Positions 20,110 through 29,127 of a stretch of 58,989 nucleotides of DNA are shown in pieces. The notes below the pieces were generated by a model. It made no database searches, was not told the origin of the DNA, and saw nothing but the letters and a program-made list of their open reading frames with translations. The number at the start of each line of letters is the position of its first letter. Position 1 is the stretch's first letter. Source of the stretch: Candidatus Thorarchaeota archaeon (GTDB taxonomy: Archaea; Asgardarchaeota; Thorarchaeia; Thorarchaeales; Thorarchaeaceae); the NCBI GenBank assembly GCA_046758445.1, contig JBHIAE010000016.1:1-58989 (forward strand). Direction: 5' to 3'. The translations under genes were made by a program, and so were the position numbers.

Positions 20110-20595
20110 TTAGTAAATGAGAGGGAGTAGTTTCTTGGTCTTCTTGGCATAGCTCAGGTATTCTATTCCAAACTCTTCGATAAGCATTTTCTCCTCGATT
20201 CGCATCCTGTACAGAATTGCAGGGATTATGGGCAGTGCAACGAGAAAGCCGTAAAGACTGCTGAAGACTAGGGGGACTCCAAAGGCTATCAAGACGAAGC
20301 CAGTGTATGCAGGATGACGAACGTGCCTGTAGATGCCATATTCCTCTATCTTATGGTCTGAAATAACCCTGAGAGCGTATGAGAACCGTCTACCTAATGC
20401 TTTTCGTGCCAGTTGACGCAAAATGATTCCGAACACAGTCATGATGAATCCGACTTGACTAAGTATGTCGAGTCGAAAGATCATTTCTTGAAGCACAAAG
20501 AAGTCCCAGAAAATGACATAGATTGTAGCTATGGATGTTCCAACAGTTACTAACAAGAAGTAACAGTCTTCATGCATAGTTTGAAACATAATCAT
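20110..20595 (-). CDS. ICMT-family membrane methyltransferase
   Basis: GIYRHVRHPAYTG and RMRIEEKMLIEEFGIEYLSYAKKT motifs; GGAGG RBS. Confidence 0.85.
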   Translation of the reverse strand: MIMFQTMHEDCYFLLVTVGTSIATIYVIFWDFFVLQEMIFRLDILSQVGFIMTVFGIILRQLARKALGRRFSYALRVISDHKIEEYGIYRHVRHPAYTGFVLIAFGVPLVFSSLYGFLVALPIIPAILYRMRIEEKMLIEEFGIEYLSYAKKTKKLLPLIY

Positions 20596-20619
20596 TGCCT
20601 CCTAAACAAAGTCTATTGC

Positions 20620-21801
20620 TCATGCCTTCGATTTCTTGCCGTCCGGTATAACGCTCAATGCTTGATCTAGGTCTTCCAAGAGGTCTTCTGAGTCTTCAAT
20701 ACCAACAGAAACTCTCAGCAAGTTGTCGGTGATTCCAAGGCGCTCTCTCTCCTCGATCGGGACGCTAGCATGAGTCATCGATGCAGGATGTTCTATCAGT
20801 GACTCAACTCCGCCCAGGCTCTCAGCGAGGAGGAAGACCTCGAAACCTTCTAGAAATGCCGTGACACCTTCGATGTTCTTGTCAAGTCTGAATGACAGCA
20901 TTCCCCCATATCCCCTCATTTGCCTTTTGGCCAGGTCGTACTGCGAATGACTAGGCAATCCAGGATAGAACACATCAACTACCGATGGATGGTCTTCGAG
21001 GAAAGTCGCAATCTGAAGAGCATTCTGTTCATGCCTCTCCATTCTCAGAGCGAGAGTCTTGCAGCCGCGCAAGACCAAGAAACAGTCGAAAGGTGAAGGT
21101 ACTGCGCCGATGGCGTTCTGGTTGAACTTGATTCTCTCGTAGAGACCCTCCTCTGACACCATCACAGCTCCCCCAACAACATCGCTGTGTCCACCAATGT
21201 ACTTGGTCGTGCTATGAACGACCACATCTGCCCCAAGGTCAAGGGGGGACTGGAAGTATGGACTCATGAACGTGTTGTCCACAACAGTCAGAATGTTCCT
21301 GTTCTGTGCAATATCAGATATCGCTTTGATATCACAAAGTTTCATCATAGGGTTGGTAGGAGTTTCTAGCCAGATCAGCCTTGTTCTCTGACTTATAGCT
21401 CTTTCCACATTCAAGGGGTCTCTCGCATCAACATAGGTGAATCTCAAACCATGGTTGGCAAGGACTTCGTTGAAAAGCCTTCGAGAGCCTCCGTATAGAT
21501 CGTCAAAGGCCACAACATGGTCTCCTTGTTCGAGCAATGAGAGCAACAGAGTGGCTTCAGCTGCCATTCCAGAAGCAAACGCTAGAGCATATTGTGCTCT
21601 CTCAAGCGAGGCAAGACGCTTCTCCAAAGCATGCCTTGTGACGTTTCCGGAACGAGAGTACTCGTAGCCTGCAGTTGGCATGTCCAGTCTATTTCTAGCG
21701 TACGTAGTGGCAAGATGGATAGGGATGACAACATCGCCATATGCGCCCTCTTTCAAGTTGGGCTCTTCCCCAACACGAACGACTCTTGTAGCAGGCTTCA
21801 C
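20620..21801 (-). CDS. Cystathionine gamma-lyase/gamma-synthase family PLP enzyme
   Basis: YSRSGN, FASGMAA, ETPTNP, VDNTF, HSTTKYIGGHSD, AESLGGVESL motifs. Confidence 0.92.
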   Translation of the reverse strand: MKPATRVVRVGEEPNLKEGAYGDVVIPIHLATTYARNRLDMPTAGYEYSRSGNVTRHALEKRLASLERAQYALAFASGMAAEATLLLSLLEQGDHVVAFDDLYGGSRRLFNEVLANHGLRFTYVDARDPLNVERAISQRTRLIWLETPTNPMMKLCDIKAISDIAQNRNILTVVDNTFMSPYFQSPLDLGADVVVHSTTKYIGGHSDVVGGAVMVSEEGLYERIKFNQNAIGAVPSPFDCFLVLRGCKTLALRMERHEQNALQIATFLEDHPSVVDVFYPGLPSHSQYDLAKRQMRGYGGMLSFRLDKNIEGVTAFLEGFEVFLLAESLGGVESLIEHPASMTHASVPIEERERLGITDNLLRVSVGIEDSEDLLEDLDQALSVIPDGKKSKA

Positions 21802-23177
21802 TGAACTGCCTCCGACTGTACATGATTTAACAAATACACGGTGGTGATTGTGTCTACAACCTCGCTGCGACCGTTCACAACAATCAGCAGCCCAGAATCT
21901 CTCAGCAATGGCGATGCAACGCTTATTGTGTCATCGAGGCTCACGGTAGGAATGGGACCATCCATTGCCTCCTCGACTCTTTCTTCAGTATATGTTCTAT
22001 TGTTCTCCATTCTTCTCATCAACGAAAGAGCGCTGATGCTGCCGACTTGAATGCCCCGTCTTACTACAGGAACTAGAGACAGGTTATGCTTCTCCATCAA
22101 CGTAACGGCAGATTGAAGCGTACTCTCCGACTCGACCAGTACAGGATGTTTCTCTCTCCTTGGTCTGTTCTTCAAAAGATCAGACACCCGAATTGCTCTT
22201 TCAGTTCCATTTAGGAAGCCCTTCTCGATCATCCAATCGTTGTCGTAGATTCTGCTTAGGTAGTTCTTACCGGTGTCAGGAAACAGAACTACAATCGTCT
22301 GATTCTCGTCCAAACTCTTGGCCACTTGAAGTGTAGCGAACATGGCTGCTCCAGATGATCCACCGGCCAGGATTCCCTCTTTCTGCACCAGTTCTCTTGC
22401 TAGGAGCATGGCATCTCTATCGCTGACAGTGACAATCTCATCAATTATCTCCATGTCCAGTGTGGATGGCATGAAGTCCTCGCCAATCCCTTCAACTAGA
22501 TAGGTGTGGATGTCGCCCTCTGTTTGATGAAACTCATGATGATACATGGAACCCTCAGGGTCTGCGCCGACGATCCTAACTTCTGGGTTCATCTCCTTTA
22601 GGTATCTGCCGACACCACTGATTGTTCCTCCGGTCCCTATACCTGCTACAAAGACATCTATTTGTCGGTCTGTCTGCTCCCAAATCTCAGGGCCGGTCGT
22701 CCTGTAGTGTATCTCAGGATTTGCCGCATTGAAGTACTGATTTGGCATGAAGGCACGCGGAGTTTCCCCTGTGATTCTCTCTGCCACTTTAATATAGCTG
22801 GATGGGTCGTCAGGCTCCACTGAAGTTGGGGTTACAATCACCTCGGCTCCAAGAGCTTTCAAGAGGTTAATCTTCTCAGTGCTCATCTTGTCGGGGATTG
22901 TGACAATCATCTTGTAGCCTTTGACTATTGCAGCTAGAGCCAACCCAATTCCTGTGTTACCTGATGTAGGTTCAACAATGGTATCGCCGGGCTTGATGAG
23001 GTCCTGTTCTTCGGCAGCCTCAATCATTGCCACACCGATCCTATCCTTGACACTCCCTCCCGGATTGAAGGACTCCAATTTCGCTAGAACCGTTGCTTCG
23101 ATTTCCTTACAGATTCGACCCAATCTTACGAGAGGGGTATTGCCAATTGTTTCCAGAATATCTTGTCTAACTTTCAT
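21798..23177 (-). CDS. cbs: Cystathionine beta-synthase with C-terminal CBS domains
   Basis: NPGGSVKDR, EPTSGNTG, GTGGT, VEGIGEDF, GGSSG, PDTGKNYLS; CBS pair at the C-terminus; 4-nt overlap with the next gene. Confidence 0.9.
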   Translation of the reverse strand: MKVRQDILETIGNTPLVRLGRICKEIEATVLAKLESFNPGGSVKDRIGVAMIEAAEEQDLIKPGDTIVEPTSGNTGIGLALAAIVKGYKMIVTIPDKMSTEKINLLKALGAEVIVTPTSVEPDDPSSYIKVAERITGETPRAFMPNQYFNAANPEIHYRTTGPEIWEQTDRQIDVFVAGIGTGGTISGVGRYLKEMNPEVRIVGADPEGSMYHHEFHQTEGDIHTYLVEGIGEDFMPSTLDMEIIDEIVTVSDRDAMLLARELVQKEGILAGGSSGAAMFATLQVAKSLDENQTIVVLFPDTGKNYLSRIYDNDWMIEKGFLNGTERAIRVSDLLKNRPRREKHPVLVESESTLQSAVTLMEKHNLSLVPVVRRGIQVGSISALSLMRRMENNRTYTEERVEEAMDGPIPTVSLDDTISVASPLLRDSGLLIVVNGRSEVVDTITTVYLLNHVQSEAVQ

Positions 23178-23635
23178 TAGTAGTGAACACCTCTATAGAC
23201 ATTGGCTGAGTGATAGGCCATGATTGATTTCTAACCCCACTCTAGAGCTTGGATGTTGATTAGGAGCCATCATAGATGCTCAAACTCGTTGCCAAAGAGG
23301 CACGCGTCTATCACGCCGTTATAGCTTGAAAAAGATATTCGCAAGATCTGCACCTATCGTGCTCGAAGAATTGCTCTCTGCGCAAGAAGCAGTGTCTTTA
23401 TTTCGAGAGCAAAACTGATTGGACAGTTGTTACGGTTTCCGCGATGTTTCCCAAATGCTCATTCCACGCTTTCGTTATGCTCCTAGTTTCATTTAGGTTA
23501 CTTGTTCTATGGCCTTCGAAATGTAAAGAGAGAGAATCCTCACTCTACCCATCCAGGAATCTGTGAGATTCGCACTTCTTGGATACGACACGGCAACATT
23601 ACGCAGGCAGAACTTTTGAGTATCTTTGAGTCACT

Positions 23636-23661
23636 GATATATCTACGGCGATATATTTATA
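23636..23661 (+). promoter_or_regulatory. GATATATC array fused to a TATA box
   Basis: GATATATC (23636)-N6-GATATATTTATA (23650). Confidence 0.7.
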
Positions 23662-23793
23662 GGAGGTGAACTGTGTCACCTTCGTTGCTTTTGCACACCA
23701 ACTCTGTGGAGAGAAGTAAATGACTGAAGTTCATCTTCATGAGTTGGAACGGAAACATGATGGTTGACATAGAGAAATGGAAGTGTTGTATTC

Positions 23794-24027
23794 ATGACAA
23801 AGACAAGAAACGGACTTCTGAATCTTATCTGGGGCTTGGGGTATTTGGCTATGGGCGAGAGGGTCCTTGGTGTTGGATTGCTAATTGCACTGCCCTTTTT
23901 GCACTGGCCGCTATTGGTAGGAAATTGGGCACTTTACTTGACGTATCCCTTCATTATGGCCCTCATTGGACACTTTATCCTATCTTTTGTGTTTGCGATA
24001 GACGCATACTCCCGAACGCCTGATTGA
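23794..24027 (+). CDS. Small membrane protein
   Basis: 77 aa, hydrophobic, LLNLIWGLGYLAMGE pattern. Confidence 0.55.
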   Translation: MTKTRNGLLNLIWGLGYLAMGERVLGVGLLIALPFLHWPLLVGNWALYLTYPFIMALIGHFILSFVFAIDAYSRTPD

Positions 24028-24473
24028 TTTGTTTCATGGAGAATTACGATCAATGGTAGGATGTGGACAGAAGCAAATGTAACAAGAGAGAAGGTCAAGG
24101 AGGGAATATCCTTTAGGTGAAACACTACTGGCACAAAGACGTCAACTCTACTGATACCCTAAGCTCCGCAGAAACGTTTCAACTGAGCTGAAGGATATAA
24201 GTATGAGTTAGATCGTGAGGGTTGGCAGGCGCCTCACAGGATCTGCATGTACTTTCCCATAGAGAGAGTCTAGCAACGGTTTGGAGAACTTCAACCATGC
24301 TATTGCGACGCGAAGAGTCAATGGGAAGCCAGAGAATTCGATTCCGAAGGCGCAGTATCACTAACCTTATCTAGGCTTCTGCAAACCCCTTATGTTGTGG
24401 CCAACCGGGAGTGCAAGGCGACAAACGAATGGGGGCTAAGTCCCGCGCGTTCGAGAACACGGAGTAACAATGG

Positions 24474-25061
24474 ATGAGAGACCAAGACGACGGTAGCAAG
24501 GTCATGAAGGCGGTCTTGATAGGGGACGGTGCAGTTGGCAAGACCAGCATCAGACGTAACTATCTTGGAGACGACTTCATTGAGGGTCATCTTGCCACCA
24601 TAGGCGTCGATCTCGCAACCAAGAAGGTCCTCTTCGGAGAAGACATTGTGAAGTTCATTATTTGGGATCTTGCAGGACAGCCAACCTTTGAGAAGGTCCG
24701 TGGACACTACTACCATGGCTGTAACGGTATCATTCTAGTCTACTCGGTAGAAGACCGGAGGTCATTCGACAACGCCTCCAAGTGGCTTGTAGAAGCATAC
24801 AAGAACATGGGACCACTTCCTCCAACAGTCATTGTCGGAAACAAGATTGACCTAAGACCTCAGACACCGAAGGATCAAATCGTCACGCCCGAGGAGGGTA
24901 TCAAGTTCATGGAGTACTTCATTGAGAAGCTGGGCGTCCCTGCTGTCTTCAGAGAAACCAGTGCAAAGACAGGAGAGAACATCCAAGACACCTTCCATGA
25001 GCTGCTCAGGATGATGAGTGAGGCTGACGCTGAGAAAGAGTCTGAGATGTTTGTGGGCTGA
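24474..25061 (+). CDS. Rab-like small GTPase (Ras superfamily; eukaryotic signature protein)
   Basis: G1 GDGAVGKT, G2 ATIGVD, G3 WDLAGQ, G4 GNKID, G5 ETSAKTG. No C-terminal Cys. Confidence 0.95.
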   Translation: MRDQDDGSKVMKAVLIGDGAVGKTSIRRNYLGDDFIEGHLATIGVDLATKKVLFGEDIVKFIIWDLAGQPTFEKVRGHYYHGCNGIILVYSVEDRRSFDNASKWLVEAYKNMGPLPPTVIVGNKIDLRPQTPKDQIVTPEEGIKFMEYFIEKLGVPAVFRETSAKTGENIQDTFHELLRMMSEADAEKESEMFVG

Positions 25062-25149
25062 ATCCCTCTTCGCGGTCAATCATCTTTGACCAGACACCTT
25101 GTTCGGTACATCTAGAGTTCTGTTCTTCGTGAACTTCCTGCGCGATTTA

Positions 25150-25240
25150 GATATTTCAAATTGGATATATCTGTCCCGATAGATTTATATGGGACGGGTG
25201 TGTTTATGATACAGTCCCGATATATCCTTGTGGATATAAA
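25150..25240 (+). promoter_or_regulatory. Composite GATATATC/TATA promoter element, copy A
   Basis: Units at 25150, 25164, 25178 (running into TTTATAT), then 25219 and 25233. Confidence 0.8.
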
Positions 25241-25357
25241 AGGCCACCCGTCATTCTGTGAGGGACTCCACGAATCTCCTGTCAAGCGATTGTTTCCTGA
25301 ACGGCGGGCTGGCCACAAAAGCAGGGATATGAGCGCGGGGCGCCAGGTGATAATAAG

Positions 25358-25510
25358 ATGGCGAAATGTCCGGTATGCGGAATGATGGGAAAACCCAATA
25401 TCAAATCGGTCTATAAGGGGAAGACGTACTATTTCATGAATCCTCAGCATAAGGCGATGTTCGAAGCCAATCCTGAGAAATTCAATCTTGAAGTGGGTAT
25501 TGACGAGTAA
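25358..25510 (+). CDS. Variant YHS/TRASH protein (50 aa, not in ORF track)
   Basis: MAKCPVCGMMGKPNIKSVYKGKTYYFMNPQHKAMFEANPEKFNLEVGIDE*; AGGTGA RBS. Confidence 0.85.
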   Translation: MAKCPVCGMMGKPNIKSVYKGKTYYFMNPQHKAMFEANPEKFNLEVGIDE

Positions 25511-25677
25511 TCGACATTGTTAGCTTGACCACACGAACTTCAAGTTTGCTTGGTGCTAACAACTGAGGTCAACCACTTCTCCCCTCTTTTTTTCTATTGC
25601 CTCAGAAACCTCGAATGTGTTTGATGTAAAACAGAATGTGGATCGAGAGTCGAGATTGCTGCGCGTTATTCATAACA

Positions 25678-25768
25678 AATATATCTTCATGGATATATCC
25701 TACCCGATAGTTTTATATGGGTTGGAGTCGGATATAATACGATTGCGATATATCCTTGTGGAAATATA
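25678..25768 (+). promoter_or_regulatory. Composite GATATATC/TATA promoter element, copy B
   Basis: Units at 25678, 25692, 25706 (running into TTTTATAT), then 25747 and 25761. Same spacing as copy A. Confidence 0.8.
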
Positions 25769-25882
25769 TGAACTCAGACCGCCTTATAGAGCCAAAGCAT
25801 TTCCTCCAGTGAAACGCTTTCGCCGAAGAGTCTGGCGGTTTGTGGTCGCAAGGGTATTGACGGAACTCTAGGAGATGGAAAG

Positions 25883-26065
25883 ATGGCAAAGGATCCAGTC
25901 TGTGGGAAGCAGGTGAACGAACAAACAGCAGAATTCACCTCTGAGCATTTGGGCTATAGATACTACTTCTGCGAGGAAAAGTGCAAGGACAAGTTTGACA
26001 GCAGTCCTTTCATGTATACGACTCGAAGAATTACACCAGTGCGAAGAGGCGGATGCTGTGGCTGA
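25883..26065 (+). CDS. YHS/TRASH protein with C-terminal GGCCG tail
   Basis: MAKDPVCGKQV...YYFCEEKCKDKFDSSP...RRGGCCG. Confidence 0.9.
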   Translation: MAKDPVCGKQVNEQTAEFTSEHLGYRYYFCEEKCKDKFDSSPFMYTTRRITPVRRGGCCG

Positions 26066-26103
26066 AATGCAGATGTTAGAATAGAAAGTAAGTAGGTGAT
26101 ATC

Positions 26104-26499
26104 TTGAACCGTTTGTTACAGAAAGCCACCAAGTCCCGCTTGGCTTCGAGCGAAGAAGAAACGAAAAGAAAGTCAAGAAAGACTCAGATCTTCATCAAGC
26201 TCATGAACAGGGGTCTGCGGTATTCTGAGTACGACAAGTTCCCCTTCCATGTACCGCACAGGTCGACCATTAGAGACCTCATCGATGATCTGATGAAGAC
26301 ACGCCGCAAAGAGTTTGAGGCTTATTTTGAGGACAAGAAGAGCAAAGTTCTCAGAAAAGATGTAATTGTGATAGTCAATGGAAGAATAGTTGTTGCAGTA
26401 TGGAAGCTCAACATGGGGCTCGTCCCCGAAAAAGCTTTGGACACCGAGTTCGAAGATGGCGACACTGTTGTTTTCATGATAGCAGTGGGTGGTGGCTGA
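26104..26499 (+). CDS. Ubiquitin-like MoaD/ThiS/SAMP beta-grasp protein
   Basis: STIRDLIDDL, VIVIVNGR, LDTEFEDGDTVVFMIAVGGG C-terminus; AGGTGA RBS before TTG. Confidence 0.8.
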   Translation: MNRLLQKATKSRLASSEEETKRKSRKTQIFIKLMNRGLRYSEYDKFPFHVPHRSTIRDLIDDLMKTRRKEFEAYFEDKKSKVLRKDVIVIVNGRIVVAVWKLNMGLVPEKALDTEFEDGDTVVFMIAVGGG

Positions 26500-26718
26500 A
26501 ATGGAGGGCGAGTCTGCATGGTCCGAGAGGTCGCTCGCAGGGAATCGGGCGCAGGTCATGTGGAAACTCGACCAGCATCACCCAACAACTATTCAGTGGA
26601 ATAGGATTGATGACCCAAGTAGACGTGATTCTCTATTTCGCCACCCCTCGTCAAGGTTGAGCCCGTTGAATGCACCTTCTGACAACGGGATGAAAATGCT
26701 TGGTAGCGAGGTAGTCAA

Positions 26719-27648
26719 ATGATTGTTGCCCCAATTGTAATATCCCTGCGAGAGGGAATTGAAGCTGCTTTGATCATTGCCATAATGCTCTCGTATCTCC
26801 GTAAGACTGGCAGAGAGAATATGACGCGCTTGGTCATTGGCGGAACCTTGCTGGCATTTGCAGCCAGCGCAGGTCTAGCGGCAGTCATGGCAATAGTTTG
26901 GGGCGCTTTTGAAGGACCGATGCTGGGAGTCTTCGAGGGTTTAATCGTCATAATAGCAGCCCTTCTTTTGACCTCAATGATATTCTGGATGTGGAGGGCA
27001 GGCGCTGGAATAGCGAAGGAGATTGAAGAGTCCGTTGAGGAAGGCGCCAAGGTGAGAAACTTCAGTCTGCCCATTCTTGCTTTTGCTCTCGTCCTGCGTG
27101 AAGGTGTCGAGCTAGTTCTATTCACGGCCGCATTGGCGATTCAAGAGGGATACACGACGTATATTGGAGTAACTCTGGGACTAATGCTTGCGGGGGTTGT
27201 CGGATTCGGTATCTATGAAGGCTCCCTACGAATCAGTCTCAAATCTTTCTTCAACTTCACTTCAGTTCTCTTGGTTCTCTTTGCTGCCGGGATGATTGCT
27301 TATGGCATACATGAGTTCCAAGAAGCTGGTTTCCTACTGTTAGGTCCCCTGGAAGTCTGGAACATCAATCCTCCATTGCTTCCAGATGGCAGCTACCCTC
27401 TTCTGCACGAGAAGGGTTTCATCGGCGGCATCGCTAAAGCCCTATTCGGGTACAATGGGAATCCTTCAGCACTTGAGGTCACTGGCTATTTAGTATATCT
27501 GGCCCTAGTTTCTCTTTCGTATCTTAGGGCAAAAGCTCGGTTTCGACTTGCCCCTAGACGATTGGTCATTCGCGTGAATATAGTACGTGCTAAGGAAGAG
27601 CCACTTCGGACTGATCCCACAGACGCCAATTGGATGAGGAATCCCTAG
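26719..27648 (+). CDS. FTR1/EfeU-family iron (lead) permease
   Basis: Two REGxE motifs (LREGIE, LREGVE), HEFQEAG, ALFGY; about 7 TM segments. Confidence 0.9.
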   Translation: MIVAPIVISLREGIEAALIIAIMLSYLRKTGRENMTRLVIGGTLLAFAASAGLAAVMAIVWGAFEGPMLGVFEGLIVIIAALLLTSMIFWMWRAGAGIAKEIEESVEEGAKVRNFSLPILAFALVLREGVELVLFTAALAIQEGYTTYIGVTLGLMLAGVVGFGIYEGSLRISLKSFFNFTSVLLVLFAAGMIAYGIHEFQEAGFLLLGPLEVWNINPPLLPDGSYPLLHEKGFIGGIAKALFGYNGNPSALEVTGYLVYLALVSLSYLRAKARFRLAPRRLVIRVNIVRAKEEPLRTDPTDANWMRNP

Positions 27649-27746
27649 AGGGATAGTTCATTCCAATTGTCATCCATTATGGCAGTGCCAGGTCTATTGC
27701 TGTCCTTGTCCTTGCTGTTTCGTTTCAAAATGCTGGCACTTTAGGA

Positions 27747-28655
27747 TCAGCACTTACATGGAGCACGTTGCATGCCGTCGATATTCTCCAGAACCCTGGT
27801 TGGTGTTTTCGGAAACGCTCTCTCGAGGAGTTCTTTCATTGGGAGCAGGCCGTGGCGTTCGCTACGATAATGGTCAATCTCAACAAGAGTCATGCCAAGC
27901 TCCCTGGCGACAGTTTCGACTACCCAATTGAGGTCCGATGATATCAGAACGTCTACCCCCCAATCAGCCATCTCAATCATCATGTTGTCTACAAAACCTC
28001 CTCCTGGTATATAGCCAACCTTGGATGTCCGACATTGAGGATTGATGATTACTGAAGGACGAACATTCATCGAGTATAGTCTATCAATGAGATCCCCCAT
28101 TGATATATCTCGTTTGAATATTGCTCCCAGTCGAGGAATCAGATGGTCCCGATAGGTCAAATCGACCTTTCTGAATTCATTCTCTGACAATCCAAAGTCA
28201 GAGAGAAACGAATCCATGATTCCACCATCCATGATGTCCCAACCGAGATGAAAGTTGTAGATATTGTAGCGAGCCTGTTTTGCATGCTCAAGCATCTGTG
28301 AATAGATACGGTTGTTGTGTGTCGAGATCTTATGATGACAGATTACTAGGCTGTTTTTAGGGACATGAACGAAGTTCAGTGGATCCGGATTTATCATAAG
28401 GTAAAGAGCGCTGCTGTAGTCAACGGATTTCACTTCATAACCCACATAATCAAATTCGAAAGTTTGAGTGCGCCTTTCCAAAAACTCGACAACGCTATCA
28501 GATGACACCCGGGCTTTAGGTTCTGCAGTTAGCGGCTGCAGTCTCCCAGGATCTATGGGAGTCACCATTGGTCTGAACGATATGGGCTTGTCTATTCTAT
28601 CTAGCTCCATTCTCACGTTAGTAGGAATCGTCAATACTGTTATTCTCCTTGGCAT
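27747..28655 (-). CDS. NIF3/YbgI-family dinuclear metal-centre protein
   Basis: ICHH, NFHLGWD, IPGGG, VLISSD, IDHYRSE motifs; C-terminal PCKC. Confidence 0.8.
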   Translation of the reverse strand: MPRRITVLTIPTNVRMELDRIDKPISFRPMVTPIDPGRLQPLTAEPKARVSSDSVVEFLERRTQTFEFDYVGYEVKSVDYSSALYLMINPDPLNFVHVPKNSLVICHHKISTHNNRIYSQMLEHAKQARYNIYNFHLGWDIMDGGIMDSFLSDFGLSENEFRKVDLTYRDHLIPRLGAIFKRDISMGDLIDRLYSMNVRPSVIINPQCRTSKVGYIPGGGFVDNMMIEMADWGVDVLISSDLNWVVETVARELGMTLVEIDHYRSERHGLLPMKELLERAFPKTPTRVLENIDGMQRAPCKC

Positions 28656-28807
28656 CTAGCAGGCTCTGATGGAGCGGAGAAGAGTCACTGGTGGCCTTCA
28701 TCTCTCTCAGGGACTCGCTTCGATACATGTGCGATTCAATCCAACAAGCTCCATGGAGTCATCCCGGCACGGGAGCCATGATATGTTTCATGGTTGCTCA
28801 CAGATAG

Positions 28808-28897
28808 TATATATCTCCGTGGATATATCGCTTTCGTAGTATATCTCGTCCCCGACTTATAAATCTATCTGGCAAGATATATCCAAAATGACATAAT
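28808..28897 (-). promoter_or_regulatory. Composite GATATATC/TATA promoter element, copy C (NIF3 gene)
   Basis: Minus strand reads TTGGATATATC-N6-GATAGATTTATAA...CGATATATC-N6-GATATATA. Units at 28890, 28876, 28862 and 28822, 28808. Confidence 0.8.
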
Positions 28898-29045
28898 TCT
28901 GTATCGGACGGGGGACTGGGTAGTCTATCCAACTCGTGGATGCAGTTTTGAAACCAGAGTCAGGCTTCTGGCCGATGTCATCATGCAGTCGACATCTGGT
29001 TTTGGCCACACTGACATTGGAAACTTCCGGATGATTTAAGTACGT

Positions 29046-29095
29046 GATATCTCATTAGCGATATATCCTGTATGGCATATCTGGTGCGATATATT
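29046..29095. promoter_or_regulatory. Four-unit 14-bp-period array upstream of the wHTH gene
   Basis: GATATCTC (29046), GATATATC (29060), GGCATATC (29074), GATATATT (29088). Confidence 0.75.
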
Positions 29096-29127
29096 TGAGG
29101 GACGAATGACACCGATTGTCAAGATAG

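Noticed and set aside
25161-25871. ORF-track ORFs 25161-25385 and 25617-25871 that look paralogous (MDIS.PI.LYG...RYILV.I)
   Set aside because: The similarity is just the translation of the repeated promoter cassette. The first ORF also overlaps the real YHS-variant gene.
24474-26065. Eukaryote-like prenylation module (Rab + GGCC tail + ICMT genes)
   Set aside because: The GTPase has no C-terminal Cys, the GGCCG tail is on a YHS protein and is more simply a metal ligand, and no prenyltransferase is present.
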